NCBI GenBank assembly: GCA_963422735.1
Contig: OY730476.1
Coordinates: 2,816,001 to 2,880,000, forward strand
Length of the DNA: 64,000 nucleotides
From: Candidatus Latescibacterota bacterium
GTDB lineage: Bacteria > Latescibacterota > UBA2968 > UBA8231
Direction: 5' to 3'
The notes beneath the pieces were generated by a model. That model saw nothing but the letters and a program-made list of their open reading frames with translations, was not told the DNA's origin and made no database searches. A program made the translations under genes and the position numbers. The stretch's first letter is position 1, and the number at the start of each line of letters is the position of its first letter. Of this stretch, positions 1 through 9,638 are shown in pieces.

Positions 1-621
1 CAGCAGCTCTTTTCCGTGGATCGCCCGCATGACGGGCGTGTTGGGGCGATAGGTCGGTACACTCAGACCCACCGCCTCGCACAGGGCGCGGTACTCGCGC
101 CGGTTGGCCGACTGAATGACCAGAAAGTCGTAGTGCTCCCCGGTCTTCAGCTCCAGATCTCTTTCTGCATCGGTCTTGCTGTGGAGTCCGCCATCCTCGC
201 TCGCCGTTGGGGGTGCATGCTGCTTGATATGCTCTTGGATATCTTCCAAGATCGGATTGCTTTGAATGCTTCGGCCAATGCGTTCAACTATGCGCTGAAG
301 CTTGTCCTTGGAGAAGCGAGCTGTGTCACGGGTAGCGTCCAGCGTGGCCAGCAGCAGGTCGGCCTCCGCCTCGTTCAGGTCAGTCGTCAGCACGGGCACG
401 TCGGCCTCGGGGTCGAGGTTGGCCCGCAGGTGGCCGTCGAGGATGCGCCAGCCGTCGCCGTGCGGATAGACCAAGATCGCTTGGGCCCAGCCTATCTGCT
501 CTATTAGTTGGCGCACCTGCTCGACCTGTCGGCCGGGATGGAGGCGTATGTTGTCCGGGTGGGGTGCCAAGCTCTTGGCCGGCACGGTCGTCAGGCCCGT
601 GATTCGATTCTTGAGGTCCAC
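1..621 (-). CDS. ParB/Srx-like N-terminal domain protein (runs off window edge; absent from ORF track)
   Basis: Manual translation from GTG at 621 is open to position 1: MDLKNRITGLTTVPAKSLAPHPDNIRLHPGRQVEQVRQLIEQIGWAQAILVYPHGDGWRILDGHLRA...; PHPxNxRxH, IxxxGW and ILDGHxR are ParB-like motifs. Confidence 0.75.
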   Translation of the reverse strand, partial: MDLKNRITGLTTVPAKSLAPHPDNIRLHPGRQVEQVRQLIEQIGWAQAILVYPHGDGWRILDGHLRANLDPEADVPVLTTDLNEAEADLLLATLDATRDTARFSKDKLQRIVERIGRSIQSNPILEDIQEHIKQHAPPTASEDGGLHSKTDAERDLELKTGEHYDFLVIQSANRREYRALCEAVGLSVPTYRPNTPVMRAIHGKELL

Positions 622-1334
622 TCTTGTCCCCAGGGCGTTGACGAGGAGGACCGCTTGAGCATCTGCACCGTGCTAGCCATCCCGATGTTGTATAGGGCGT
701 CCAGTATGCCGAGTCCAGGGAGCCACTCCCGCTGCTGCTGGTCGTAAGGCCATGAGGTGAACCGGGAGCACCTCAGGTCTAGGCCCGCTTGCTGAAACAC
801 GAATGGGTTGAGGTAGTCTTTGGCTCCCGACCCGCTCAGGTAGGTCGATCCGCCTACGGCCTGTACGGCATCCACCAGTCGCTCATTGGGGCTGTCGCGG
901 AGCGGTTCGCCTAAGTTCGAGGAACGCACGATCTCCAATTTCAGGCCCATGCCCTCAGCCATGTGGATAATCAGCCCCGTGTTCAGGTCGGCCAGCCGGG
1001 ATCTCTTGAGGAGGCCGTAGGCCAACGGGCGGTAGAAGGGTGCTTTGCCATAGCAGACTTGCAGGGTGCGCCGGTGCTTGTTGTCCCATCCATCCCGCAC
1101 GATCTCCACATCGCGGATCGCTTGGAGCCTGCGTCCGCGGGTGCGTACCGGCACGGTCAGCCATTGCGGTTCGCCATGCGTCCCCCGGATACGCACGCGG
1201 TTGGTGTAGCTGTTCTTGCTGTACTGTATGTCGTCCAAAAGCACCAACACATCCGACTGAAAGACTTTTTGCCAGAAGCCGATCCACGGCAGGTACGTTG
1301 GCTCGTGACAGCAAACCACTTTTTGCAGGCTCAT
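591..1334 (-). CDS. WbqC family protein
   Basis: HEPTYLPWIGFWQK...LDDIQY...NRVRI...WLTVPV, YGKAPF, YLSGSGAKDY and LGILDALYNIG match the WbqC pattern. Confidence 0.85.
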   Translation of the reverse strand: MSLQKVVCCHEPTYLPWIGFWQKVFQSDVLVLLDDIQYSKNSYTNRVRIRGTHGEPQWLTVPVRTRGRRLQAIRDVEIVRDGWDNKHRRTLQVCYGKAPFYRPLAYGLLKRSRLADLNTGLIIHMAEGMGLKLEIVRSSNLGEPLRDSPNERLVDAVQAVGGSTYLSGSGAKDYLNPFVFQQAGLDLRCSRFTSWPYDQQQREWLPGLGILDALYNIGMASTVQMLKRSSSSTPWGQEWTSRIESRA

Positions 1335-1417
1335 GGGTACGAATTCGCCTAGTCTCTTAACTCCCTATAACGGGCATTGATACCTCCTTAATCGTTTGAT
1401 CTACTTACATTTAGAGC

Positions 1418-2719
1418 CTATTGACCGCGCAGGTATTCGTCTGGTTTGGCCGCATTGGGCGGCCAGTACCCGTCCCGTGATTGACGCCATTGCGCGCCGC
1501 ACAGGCCGCTGATCACGCTCCACTCGGACGGACTGGGGTCCGGGTCAGGGTGGAAGAGAAAGCGCTGGGCACCGGCGGCCTCCGAGGCTTTGAGAATACC
1601 GGCCAAGTCGCGGGCTGGCATGGCGTCGCCGGCGTGCGGAGAGCGGCCGGTGGACACCCAGAAGATGGTTTTATCCACGTCTTTGATGGCCTCTAGTGCG
1701 CGCCGCGTTTCGCTGTACACGACTTCGGCGAAGAACTCATCGGAAAAACCCATCTCCATGTCCAGCAGCGACTCGACATTGGGCAGGCGCAGGCCGAACA
1801 GCGATTCGACCAGCAGGAAGCAGTCGGCCTCAGTCAGGGAAGGGTTCCACTCGGCGAACTTTTGCACCCAGCGAGCAATAGTGCCGTACAGGCCGTCGAA
1901 GCCGCGATGCCAGTAGTAGTGCTTGGGAAAGATATAGTCAAAGTACGGCGGCATCTGCTGGTAATCTTGGCCGGTCAGAGAAGAGAAAGTGGTGATGCGC
2001 GGAATGCCGCCCAGTTCGACGTAGCGGTTCACGCCGTCCAAGTCGGCGCGGGCCCGCTCCCAAGAACGCCGCGATCTTTCCCGCCGGGCCCGCAGCCAGT
2101 AGAGGGCGTCTTCGTTGATATCAAAGAGATTCAGGCCGGCCAAAGTGCCGCCCGGGGCCCAATAGCGCACGAGGTCCGGGGTGAGGTTGTGGAAACGCTG
2201 ACGCATATGGGCAATGCCGCGCTCCAGCCGGTCGATGGCAAAGCCCAAGTTGGCGAACTCGAGGCGCTCGCCGTCGCGCAAATCAAAGAGTTCGCCGCCG
2301 TGGTGCCAAGCCAGTTCGTAGTGGTTTTCGCCGGGCCCGTCGATGATCACCCCATCGACCTGTGGATAGCAATTTATCAAGCTCTGCACGTGGGCGGTGG
2401 TGCCGCTGTCGAATACCATGATATGCCAGCCGCGCCCGGCGGCGTCCTCCAGCATAGCGCTTAGTCCCCGCTCCTTTTCCAGATTGCGGCGTCCTTCCTC
2501 GGGCATTTTCAGCCCCAAGTCGGCGTAGGCTTTGGGATCTTGGGGAAACGCGGGGATTTGGCCGCCGTCGTCCTCTGTAAAAAACATGCGCCCTACCACA
2601 ATGCCGCGCACTCCGCCATCTTCCCAAGCGTCGAAGATATGCTTGTAGTTGGCCATGTAGCGTTCGAGCGGATTGAAAACGAAAATCCAGCATTTCATCG
2701 TCCAATCTCCTAAGTTCAC
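1418..2719 (-). CDS. Hypothetical protein, possibly TIM-barrel/glycoside hydrolase-like (start may be MKCWIF ~2698)
   Basis: 433-aa ORF with host-like codon use; VDGVIIDGPGE and DYIFPKHY segments. Confidence 0.6.
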   Translation of the reverse strand: MNLGDWTMKCWIFVFNPLERYMANYKHIFDAWEDGGVRGIVVGRMFFTEDDGGQIPAFPQDPKAYADLGLKMPEEGRRNLEKERGLSAMLEDAAGRGWHIMVFDSGTTAHVQSLINCYPQVDGVIIDGPGENHYELAWHHGGELFDLRDGERLEFANLGFAIDRLERGIAHMRQRFHNLTPDLVRYWAPGGTLAGLNLFDINEDALYWLRARRERSRRSWERARADLDGVNRYVELGGIPRITTFSSLTGQDYQQMPPYFDYIFPKHYYWHRGFDGLYGTIARWVQKFAEWNPSLTEADCFLLVESLFGLRLPNVESLLDMEMGFSDEFFAEVVYSETRRALEAIKDVDKTIFWVSTGRSPHAGDAMPARDLAGILKASEAAGAQRFLFHPDPDPSPSEWSVISGLCGAQWRQSRDGYWPPNAAKPDEYLRGQ

Positions 2720-2739
2720 GGGTTTGCAACTTGACTTCC

Positions 2740-3552
2740 CTATCTCGGTTTGTAAAGCCGAGACCCCTTATCTTCCCCCTGGTATTTCGGCGGCGTAATC
2801 ACCGCCTGCTGCGCCTTTGTCAACTCGGCGTAGAAATCCGGCGGGGTATAATCCCCCATCAGCGATTCGGCCTGGACACCGTGGTTATAGCGCAAGATCA
2901 CTGAGCGCCGCTGGTGTTTGGCCGTCCACGGCAGGGCCCCGTGCATCAGCGTCTCGACAAAAAGTATCGCATCGCCAGCTTTGGCCGGGATCTGCACGAT
3001 GCGATCTTGGTGCGCCTCGTAAAGCCGAATCTCGTCCGGGCAGGGATAGTTGGCCTTATGGCTGCCGGGCAGACAGGCAAAACCCCCATCCTCCGGCCCT
3101 ACATCCGCCAACTGCACGGCGATATTGGTCATCCCGCAAAACATCCGGCCATTGCGGTAGAGGAAACCCCGCGAGCGGTCGAGCGGCTCGCCTCCCTCGT
3201 GGAACCAGAAGCCTTCGGCCCCTTCATCCATCGCGATGATCCCCAAGCCCTCTAGGCGAAAACCCGGTCCTAGCAATTCTTCCAGATAAGGCTTGAACCT
3301 CGCATGGGCGATCATCGCCCGGAACGGATCGCAATGCGGTTTGTCCCACGTCAGCATCCCGCCCAAATCGCCGCGTCCCTGTGTGCCCTTGAGCGTCTCC
3401 GACTCGTGGGCCAAGTCATTGGCACGAATGCCGATTTGATGGGCGTGGTGGTCAATCGCCGCATTGGCCACCGCCACTTCCTCCGGCGAAAGTGCACCCT
3501 CGATCACCAGATAGCCGTGTACTTCAAAGAGATACTTTTCCGCTTCGTCCAT
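2740..3552 (-). CDS. Phytanoyl-CoA dioxygenase (PhyH) family Fe/2OG protein
   Basis: FEVHGYLVIEGAL, GGFACLPGSHK, KAGDAILF..LMHG, RRSVILRY. Confidence 0.85.
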   Translation of the reverse strand: MDEAEKYLFEVHGYLVIEGALSPEEVAVANAAIDHHAHQIGIRANDLAHESETLKGTQGRGDLGGMLTWDKPHCDPFRAMIAHARFKPYLEELLGPGFRLEGLGIIAMDEGAEGFWFHEGGEPLDRSRGFLYRNGRMFCGMTNIAVQLADVGPEDGGFACLPGSHKANYPCPDEIRLYEAHQDRIVQIPAKAGDAILFVETLMHGALPWTAKHQRRSVILRYNHGVQAESLMGDYTPPDFYAELTKAQQAVITPPKYQGEDKGSRLYKPR

Positions 3553-3643
3553 AGTCTTCCTGCTTCTCTTTACACCTTATGGAATGTTGACACACACAAG
3601 GTCCATCCGTCAGCCCATACGGCGCAAATACTACGCCGCCCAG

Positions 3644-4699
3644 TCAAGCGGGCAGCACCTCGCGCAAGACCCGCAGGTAATTCCCGCCGCAGATCTTGCT
3701 CGTATCCTCCTCGGTGAATCCCGCATCCAGCAAGCCCTCTACCACCCAAGGCAACACCGCACTGTTGAAGTGGGTGCCGATCCCTACGCCATCCACCCCC
3801 ATCACATCAACGGCGTAGCGCACCTGCACCAAGGTCTCCTCCAACTGTTCTGGCGCGACCGCCCGATAGGGCGCGTCCCCCGGCGGCCGGGTGATCGGCG
3901 GCGGGATCCCCAACATGCCTCCGCGCTCGGCCAACGCCCGCATAACCTCGTCGGGTGCCGCCCTGAGATCGCCGACCAATGCCCGCGGATTCGAGTGCGA
4001 GTCGGCCACCGGCTTTGTCGATACTTCGATGATATCGAGGGCGCAGGGGTCATTGCTATGGGCTAGGTCAATAAGGATTCCGGTCGCGTTCATCTCCGCA
4101 ATCATCCGCACCCCCAACTCGGTCATCCGCCCGCCCGAACGGGTCTCATTGGAGGCGTCCCAACCCAACTCGCGGGTCGCTTGGCCCAGGGTGATCATCC
4201 GCAGCCCGAGGCGGGCGAACATCCGCAGGATGCCAGGGCTGTCGCCAAACCAGTCGCTGCGATTGGCCCCCATCAATACCGCGACCTTGCCCGCCGCCTG
4301 CGCAGCATCCAAGTCCCGGGCGGTCCGCACTAGCATCACCTGCTCGGGATGGGCTTCGACGTTTAGCAAAAAACGGTCGAGCACCCCCAGCACCAATTGG
4401 GTCGGATTCTTGATCGCCAGACTCAGGAACATATCCTCGCCGCCGCGGCCCGGACGCCATTCCGACTCTTGGCGCCACAGTGGTTTGTAGTTGTCGTCGT
4501 AGTAGGCCGCTCCCCCCTTGCACATCACCACCCCCACCCCCCATTCGGCAAACTTGGGAAAGTCCCCGCGGCAACTGCTCGCGTCTTTTTTGCCCAGATC
4601 AATATCGTCGATCGCGAAACGGGGATGGGTCAGGTTTAACCCCAGCGCATCGCATACTGGATGCGGCCAAATGCGTCCGGAGGGCAATCTCATTGTCAT
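3644..4699 (-). CDS. Membrane dipeptidase (M19)-like amidohydrolase, divergent
   Basis: GLRMITL, GxMTELGVRMIAEMN..GILIDLAH, PVADSHSNPRAL, GGNYLRVL; start set at ATG 4699, just after the upstream stop. Confidence 0.75.
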   Translation of the reverse strand: MTMRLPSGRIWPHPVCDALGLNLTHPRFAIDDIDLGKKDASSCRGDFPKFAEWGVGVVMCKGGAAYYDDNYKPLWRQESEWRPGRGGEDMFLSLAIKNPTQLVLGVLDRFLLNVEAHPEQVMLVRTARDLDAAQAAGKVAVLMGANRSDWFGDSPGILRMFARLGLRMITLGQATRELGWDASNETRSGGRMTELGVRMIAEMNATGILIDLAHSNDPCALDIIEVSTKPVADSHSNPRALVGDLRAAPDEVMRALAERGGMLGIPPPITRPPGDAPYRAVAPEQLEETLVQVRYAVDVMGVDGVGIGTHFNSAVLPWVVEGLLDAGFTEEDTSKICGGNYLRVLREVLPA

Positions 4700-4700
4700 C

Positions 4701-5477
4701 TTATTCACCGAGAGCTTGGTCAAAATCCCGGCGGCAAGCGGCCAAAATCTGCGCCAAGGCAAAATCGCCGCCATAAGCCAGCATCTGCGCCCCTTGTGCG
4801 CGGTATTTGGCCAGCAACTCGGGCGTACCGGCGGGTATCCCCCAGGCTTTGCCGTGTTTTTTCGCCGCCCCCGCGACTTTGGCGACGGCCTGATCGAGAT
4901 CGACATCCCCCTCGGCCAAACCGAGCCGCAGCCCCAAGTCCGCCGGGCCGACGAAGAGCCCATCCACCCCCTCGACCACCGCGATCTCGTCGACATTGGC
5001 CAGTGCTTGCGGGGTTTCGATCTGCAAGACGACGAAGGTCTCGCGATTGGCGTCGTCGATATAGGTACTGCCCTCATGCCATACGTCGAGACCGAAATCG
5101 CCGTCCAAACCCGCCCCGTCCAAACCGCGATTGCCCAAGGGTGGGTACTTCACCGCCGCGACGATTTGGCGCGCCAAGGCCGCAGTGGAAACCAGCGGCA
5201 TCATCAGACCGGTCGCCCCGTCCTCGAGATAGCGGTAGAGACGGGTGCGCTCAAGCGTCGGGGCCCGCAACATGCAATCGATATCGCAGGCGCGACATAA
5301 GGCCAAGAGGCCCTGGACCTCGCGCTGATCCATCGCCCGGTGCTCCAAATCGAGCCAGATGCCGTCATAGCCGTTGTGGGCGGCATAGCGCACGAAGAAC
5401 GGCAGATAATGCCCTAGGGCACAAATGCGGGCACACCGCCCTGTGCGTACTTTGTCCAAGACTTTGCTCTTTCTCAT
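4701..5477 (-). CDS. HpcH/HpaI aldolase family protein
   Basis: WLDLEH, KYPPLGNRG, QIETPQAL, GVDGLFVGPADL. Confidence 0.9.
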   Translation of the reverse strand: MRKSKVLDKVRTGRCARICALGHYLPFFVRYAAHNGYDGIWLDLEHRAMDQREVQGLLALCRACDIDCMLRAPTLERTRLYRYLEDGATGLMMPLVSTAALARQIVAAVKYPPLGNRGLDGAGLDGDFGLDVWHEGSTYIDDANRETFVVLQIETPQALANVDEIAVVEGVDGLFVGPADLGLRLGLAEGDVDLDQAVAKVAGAAKKHGKAWGIPAGTPELLAKYRAQGAQMLAYGGDFALAQILAACRRDFDQALGE

Positions 5478-5547
5478 ATTCCCCGCTTTGTCCATTGTCG
5501 ATCTACTCCTCCTTGCATCGTATGGAATGTTAATTGTCCGCTGGCCC

Positions 5548-5911
5548 TTACTCACGACGCTCCCAAATCTCCACGGAGCCATCCTCGTCGTCGACCAGCG
5601 TCAGACGGTTTCCTCTCAGGGTATATTCCTCAGAGATAGTCCGAACTTCACCCCCGATCGGGTCAAAAACCGTTACGAGTCTGTCGCCGACGATCTCCCA
5701 TGATCCCGAGACGCGATCTCAATTCCTTCCACTTCAATCGACAGCCTGAAGGTGCCGTCTGCACGTAAGACCCAGACCAGTTCGCCGTCTTCCGAATCCG
5801 TCGCTGAGACTAGAACCCAAGTGCCGACGAGATCGTCCCCGGGTGCTGTGGGGGAGTCGCCGCATGCCAAGAAGAGGCCGGAGGAAGTATAGCTACAGTC
5901 AGATATTTCAT
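5548..5911 (-). pseudogene. Frameshifted lipoprotein (lipocalin-like)
   Basis: Three joined frames: MKYLTVAIL / SGLFLA-CGDSPTAPGDDLVGTWVLVS...IEIA / SGSWEIVGDRLVT...YTLRGNRLTL...WERRE*; GGAG RBS upstream. Confidence 0.6.
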
Positions 5912-5949
5912 CGGAATGTTGGTTCTCCCTTCAGTTAAGGCAATCTATA

Positions 5950-7182
5950 CTATCGCAAATACGCCTGCTCCACCTTCGCAAACGCCTCGGCAATATCCGC
6001 CACTTCCCGCGCGGAAAAATTCTCGTGGATCGACATGATGAAGTGGCTCTCAACCGAGGCGACGGCGTTGGGACAGGCAAACTGTGCATTGCGGTCTCCC
6101 CCATACGCCGGCAATCCCCACGGGTAGTCGCTGTTAGGAAAGACCTGCCGCTCCCTAAACCAGATCATCTCGGAGGTGATATAGCGATACGAGGCTGTCA
6201 CCGGAATGCCCTCGGCAGCCACGGCCCGGGCAAAGCCGTCTTTATCGACCCGGAGCTTGGCTGCCTCTACGTGGAAGCGCATAAACCAGTACACCCCCTC
6301 CGACTCAGCCACCTGCCATCCCAATCGCACCGCCTCGCGCTCGGCAATAGCCTCGGCAATCTGCGCCGCTACCCGACGCCGCTTGGCGATCATCGCATCG
6401 AGCTTTCTTAGCTGCACCCGCCCAATGGCGGCCGACAGGTCGTTGCCGTTGAGGTTGAGCCCGGCGCGCAGGTTGGAGGTTGCATCTGTATTAAAAGGCT
6501 TGCCCCGGTCGGCAAAGCGCTTGGCCTCCCAGCAGAGTTCTTCGTCGCGGGTAAAAACCACTCCGCCCTGCGGGCCTGTCGCGTGGTGCTTGCCGCTCAT
6601 GGTCGAAAAGGCCGCCACCGTGCCCAACGATCCCGCTAGCTGTCCCTTGTAGCGCGTCCCGTGGGCCTGGGCGCAATCCTCGATGACCGGGATGCCGCGC
6701 TCCTCGGCTAGTGCCAAAATTGGCGTCATATCCGCTGGTTCGCCGGCAATATGGGCCACGACAATGGCGCGGGTGTGGGGCGTTAGCACCGCCTCAATCT
6801 GCTCCGCACCCGCGTTGAACGATCCCGGCGCGGCATCGGCGACCACCGGCACTTGGCACAACAGAGCCGCGGGCATCGCTCCACCCGGATCCGTAATCGG
6901 CGGGATCACTACCTCGCCAGCCGCTTCTAGCTTTAGGGCCCCCAATGCCGCGTAGAGCGCTGTGGTACCCGAATTGACCAAATCGGCGTAGCCGCCCCCT
7001 ATAAAGGCGGCAAACTCCCGCTCATAGGCCAATTCCTCTGGGCCGCTGTAGCCGATTGCATCGCCGCTCTCCATTGCCGCGGAGAACAGCCGCAGCGCGG
7101 CTTGGCGCTCCTCAGCCCCAAAGAGGTGCCGCTGGGGAAATGGCGTCTCGCGGACCTTGGCCCCCCCGTCTATTGCCAACAT
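5950..7182 (-). CDS. DegT/DnrJ/EryC1/StrS PLP-dependent aminotransferase
   Basis: LAIDGG start, NSGTTAL, IEDCAQAHG, FSTMSGKH..GPQGG. Confidence 0.9.
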   Translation of the reverse strand: MLAIDGGAKVRETPFPQRHLFGAEERQAALRLFSAAMESGDAIGYSGPEELAYEREFAAFIGGGYADLVNSGTTALYAALGALKLEAAGEVVIPPITDPGGAMPAALLCQVPVVADAAPGSFNAGAEQIEAVLTPHTRAIVVAHIAGEPADMTPILALAEERGIPVIEDCAQAHGTRYKGQLAGSLGTVAAFSTMSGKHHATGPQGGVVFTRDEELCWEAKRFADRGKPFNTDATSNLRAGLNLNGNDLSAAIGRVQLRKLDAMIAKRRRVAAQIAEAIAEREAVRLGWQVAESEGVYWFMRFHVEAAKLRVDKDGFARAVAAEGIPVTASYRYITSEMIWFRERQVFPNSDYPWGLPAYGGDRNAQFACPNAVASVESHFIMSIHENFSAREVADIAEAFAKVEQAYLR

Positions 7183-7244
7183 AGCGTTTGCTTTCCTTCC
7201 TCGACGGTGTGCCACTGGCGCTAGCCAGAGCCACCAGTAATTTA

Positions 7245-7332
7245 GAAGCGGTCTGGAAATTCCGGGTGCGCCCCGAGCGCCTGTCTTGCCTAAAGGCCGG
7301 GTGAAGCAGGCGCGACAGGCCGCGAGGGGTTT
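7245..7332. repeat. Truncated copy of the MITE at 16695-16825
   Basis: GAAGCGGTCTGGAAATTCCGGGTGCGCC...GCGCCTGTCTTGCCTAAAGGCCGGGTGAAGCAGGCGCGACAGGCCGCGAGGGGTTT is near-identical to 16695-16790; right TIR missing. Confidence 0.8.
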
Positions 7333-7364
7333 AAGCAAGATCGCACCTCTCGCCGCCTATCTAT

Positions 7365-7390
7365 AATAGTACACCTCAATAGTACACCTC
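7365..7390. repeat. Perfect 13-bp tandem duplication AATAGTACACCTC x2
   Basis: Seen directly; overlaps TATAAT at 7362-7367 upstream of the MFS gene. Confidence 0.85.
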
Positions 7391-7397
7391 TACTGAT

Positions 7398-8669
7398 TTG
7401 CACAAAAGACACGACCCCTACTCCAGCCTGCGCGTCCCGCTCTTCCGACGTTATCTCATCGCCTCCGCGCTGGTGCGGATGGGTACGGCCGCCCAGGGCT
7501 TGGCCATCGGTTGGGAGGTGTACGACCGCACCGGCCAAGCACTCTCCCTCGGCATGGTCGGCCTCGTCCAAGCCATCCCCATGCTGCTGTTGACCCTGCC
7601 CGCCGGGTATCTAGCCGACGTCTTTGATCGCCGCAAGCTGATGATGCTCAGCTTGGCTGGCGCGACGCTCGCTTCGCTGGGCTTGGCCGTCTTTAGCTGG
7701 TACCAGATGCCGATCCACTCGATGTACTTGTTGCTCTTTTTGGATTCGTCCTTCCTCCGCCTAGGCTGGCCCGCACAACGGGCCATTGCGCCCCTGTTGG
7801 TCCCGGACGCGCTCTTTGAAAACGCCGCCAAGTGGTCAACCAGCCTGCAGCAGATCACCGGCATCGCCGGGCCGGCCATCGGCGGTTTTGTCATCGCCTT
7901 CAATCTCCAAGCCGCCTACCTCCTCAGTGCCGTCTCCTCTGCGGCCTTCATCCTCTTCCTCAGCACCATGGTCTTGCCTCCCGCCCCGCGCATCCAAGGG
8001 GGCAATATGTTCGCCCAGATCGCCGTTGGGTTGCGCTTCGTCCGCGAGCAGCCGCTCCTACTCGGCGCAATCTCGCTCGATCTCTTCGCCGTACTCCTAG
8101 GCGGCGCAGTGTACCTCTTGCCCATCTTCGCCCGCGAGATCATCGACCTCGGCCCCGTCGGCCTCGCACCCGAAGCCGCGCTCGGCTGGCTGCGTGCAGC
8201 CCCCGCCATCGGCGCCAGCATCACCGCCTTGGCCATCGCCCATTTGCCACCGACTCGCCGCACCGGCAAGACCTTGCTCTGGTGCGTGGCCGGCTTTGGC
8301 GCGGCGACCATTCTCTTTGGCCTCTCGCAAAACTTCTGGTTCTCGCTGCTGATGCTGGCGTTGATCGGTGCCTTTGACAACGTCAGCATGGTCATCCGCC
8401 GCGTCATCTCGCAGATGGGCACTCCCAACCAGATGCGGGGCCGGGTCCAAGCCGTCTCCGCCATCTTCGTCGGTGCTTCCAACGAGATCGGCGGCTTTGA
8501 ATCCGGGCTGGTGGCCCAGCTCTTCAACCCAGTCTTCTCCGTCGTCAGCGGTGGCATTGGCACGTTGCTCGTCGTCGCCGCTTGGACCGGCCTTTTTCCC
8601 TCGCTGAGAAACTTGGGCAGCCTCGCGTCGCTGACAGCCCCGCGCTCGACACCCAACCAGCGGGAATGA
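7398..8669 (+). CDS. MFS transporter (EntS/DHA3-like)
   Basis: Multiple hydrophobic helices; motif A-like GYLADVFDRRK; PNQMRGRV. Confidence 0.9.
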   Translation: MHKRHDPYSSLRVPLFRRYLIASALVRMGTAAQGLAIGWEVYDRTGQALSLGMVGLVQAIPMLLLTLPAGYLADVFDRRKLMMLSLAGATLASLGLAVFSWYQMPIHSMYLLLFLDSSFLRLGWPAQRAIAPLLVPDALFENAAKWSTSLQQITGIAGPAIGGFVIAFNLQAAYLLSAVSSAAFILFLSTMVLPPAPRIQGGNMFAQIAVGLRFVREQPLLLGAISLDLFAVLLGGAVYLLPIFAREIIDLGPVGLAPEAALGWLRAAPAIGASITALAIAHLPPTRRTGKTLLWCVAGFGAATILFGLSQNFWFSLLMLALIGAFDNVSMVIRRVISQMGTPNQMRGRVQAVSAIFVGASNEIGGFESGLVAQLFNPVFSVVSGGIGTLLVVAAWTGLFPSLRNLGSLASLTAPRSTPNQRE

Positions 8670-8903
8670 GAGACCGATGCTCTGCGCCACTCTGAGTTAC
8701 GTATTCGCCGGAGCACCGAGGCCCTCAGTTCCCGTCTGAACGCTTCGAGACCCAGCAGACCTTGGGAGGGACACCGACTAGCCCGCGACCTAGTATCTGG
8801 TATCACCGCATCTCCCACCCGGCCCAAATGACTTGCGCCTCGTAGCCCAAGCAAATAGTATAGACCGCGACCCCGCAGACGCCGCAAAACACAGGGAAGG
8901 GAC

Positions 8904-9638
8904 ATGAAGAAAAAACTTTTCATCACCGGCGCCGCCGGCAAGGTCGGGTCCGGCCTGCGCCGTCACCTCAAAGACCGCTACGACTTTCGCCTGCTCTTCC
9001 ACCGCAATATCCCCCCGGTCGAACCAAACGACGAGATCGTGGTCTCCGATCTCGCCAACTTCGAGAACATGGTCGAGGCATGCGAAGGTATAGACACTAT
9101 CGTCCACCTCGGCATCGCCATCGTCCAGCGGGGTTATCCGCGTACGCGCTACAACCAGATGATCATGGAGACCAATATCCAAGGCACCTACAACATCTTT
9201 GAGGCCGCCCGCATCAACAAGGTCCCGGTCGTCGTCTTTGCCAGCACCAATCACGTAACGGGCTTCTACGAGAAAGAAGGCATCTACACCACCCCCGATA
9301 TGCCGATCCGCCCCGACAGCATGTACGGCGTCAGTAAGGCCTTCGGCGAAGCACTCGGCCGCTTTTACTACGACGAGTACGGCATCTCCACCTACTGCCT
9401 CCGCATCGCCAACTATCCCGACACCGAGGAAGTCAACAGCACCTATCCTCCCGGCGAAAACCGCTGGCTCAGTGCCCGCGATGTCTCCGAGCTAACCGCC
9501 TGCTGCATCGAGGCCCCCCGGCCCCAATTCGGCATCTTCTACGGAGTTTCACAGGGCGCGGACAAAAAGTGGGACCTCGCCAACGCCAAAGAACTCGTCG
9601 GCTGGGAGCCCCAAGACCGCGGTGCGCCCTCGCCGTGA
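8904..9638 (+). CDS. NAD-dependent epimerase/dehydrogenase (uronate dehydrogenase-like SDR)
   Basis: ITGAAGKVG, FASTNHVTGFY, PDSMYGVSK, WLSARD. Confidence 0.85.
   Translation: MKKKLFITGAAGKVGSGLRRHLKDRYDFRLLFHRNIPPVEPNDEIVVSDLANFENMVEACEGIDTIVHLGIAIVQRGYPRTRYNQMIMETNIQGTYNIFEAARINKVPVVVFASTNHVTGFYEKEGIYTTPDMPIRPDSMYGVSKAFGEALGRFYYDEYGISTYCLRIANYPDTEEVNSTYPPGENRWLSARDVSELTACCIEAPRPQFGIFYGVSQGADKKWDLANAKELVGWEPQDRGAPSP

Noticed and set aside
16-507. 163-aa plus-strand ORF
   Set aside because: Antisense shadow of the ParB-like gene; no recognisable motifs
8670-8830. Possible gene remnant after the MFS gene
   Set aside because: No start codon or recognisable motif
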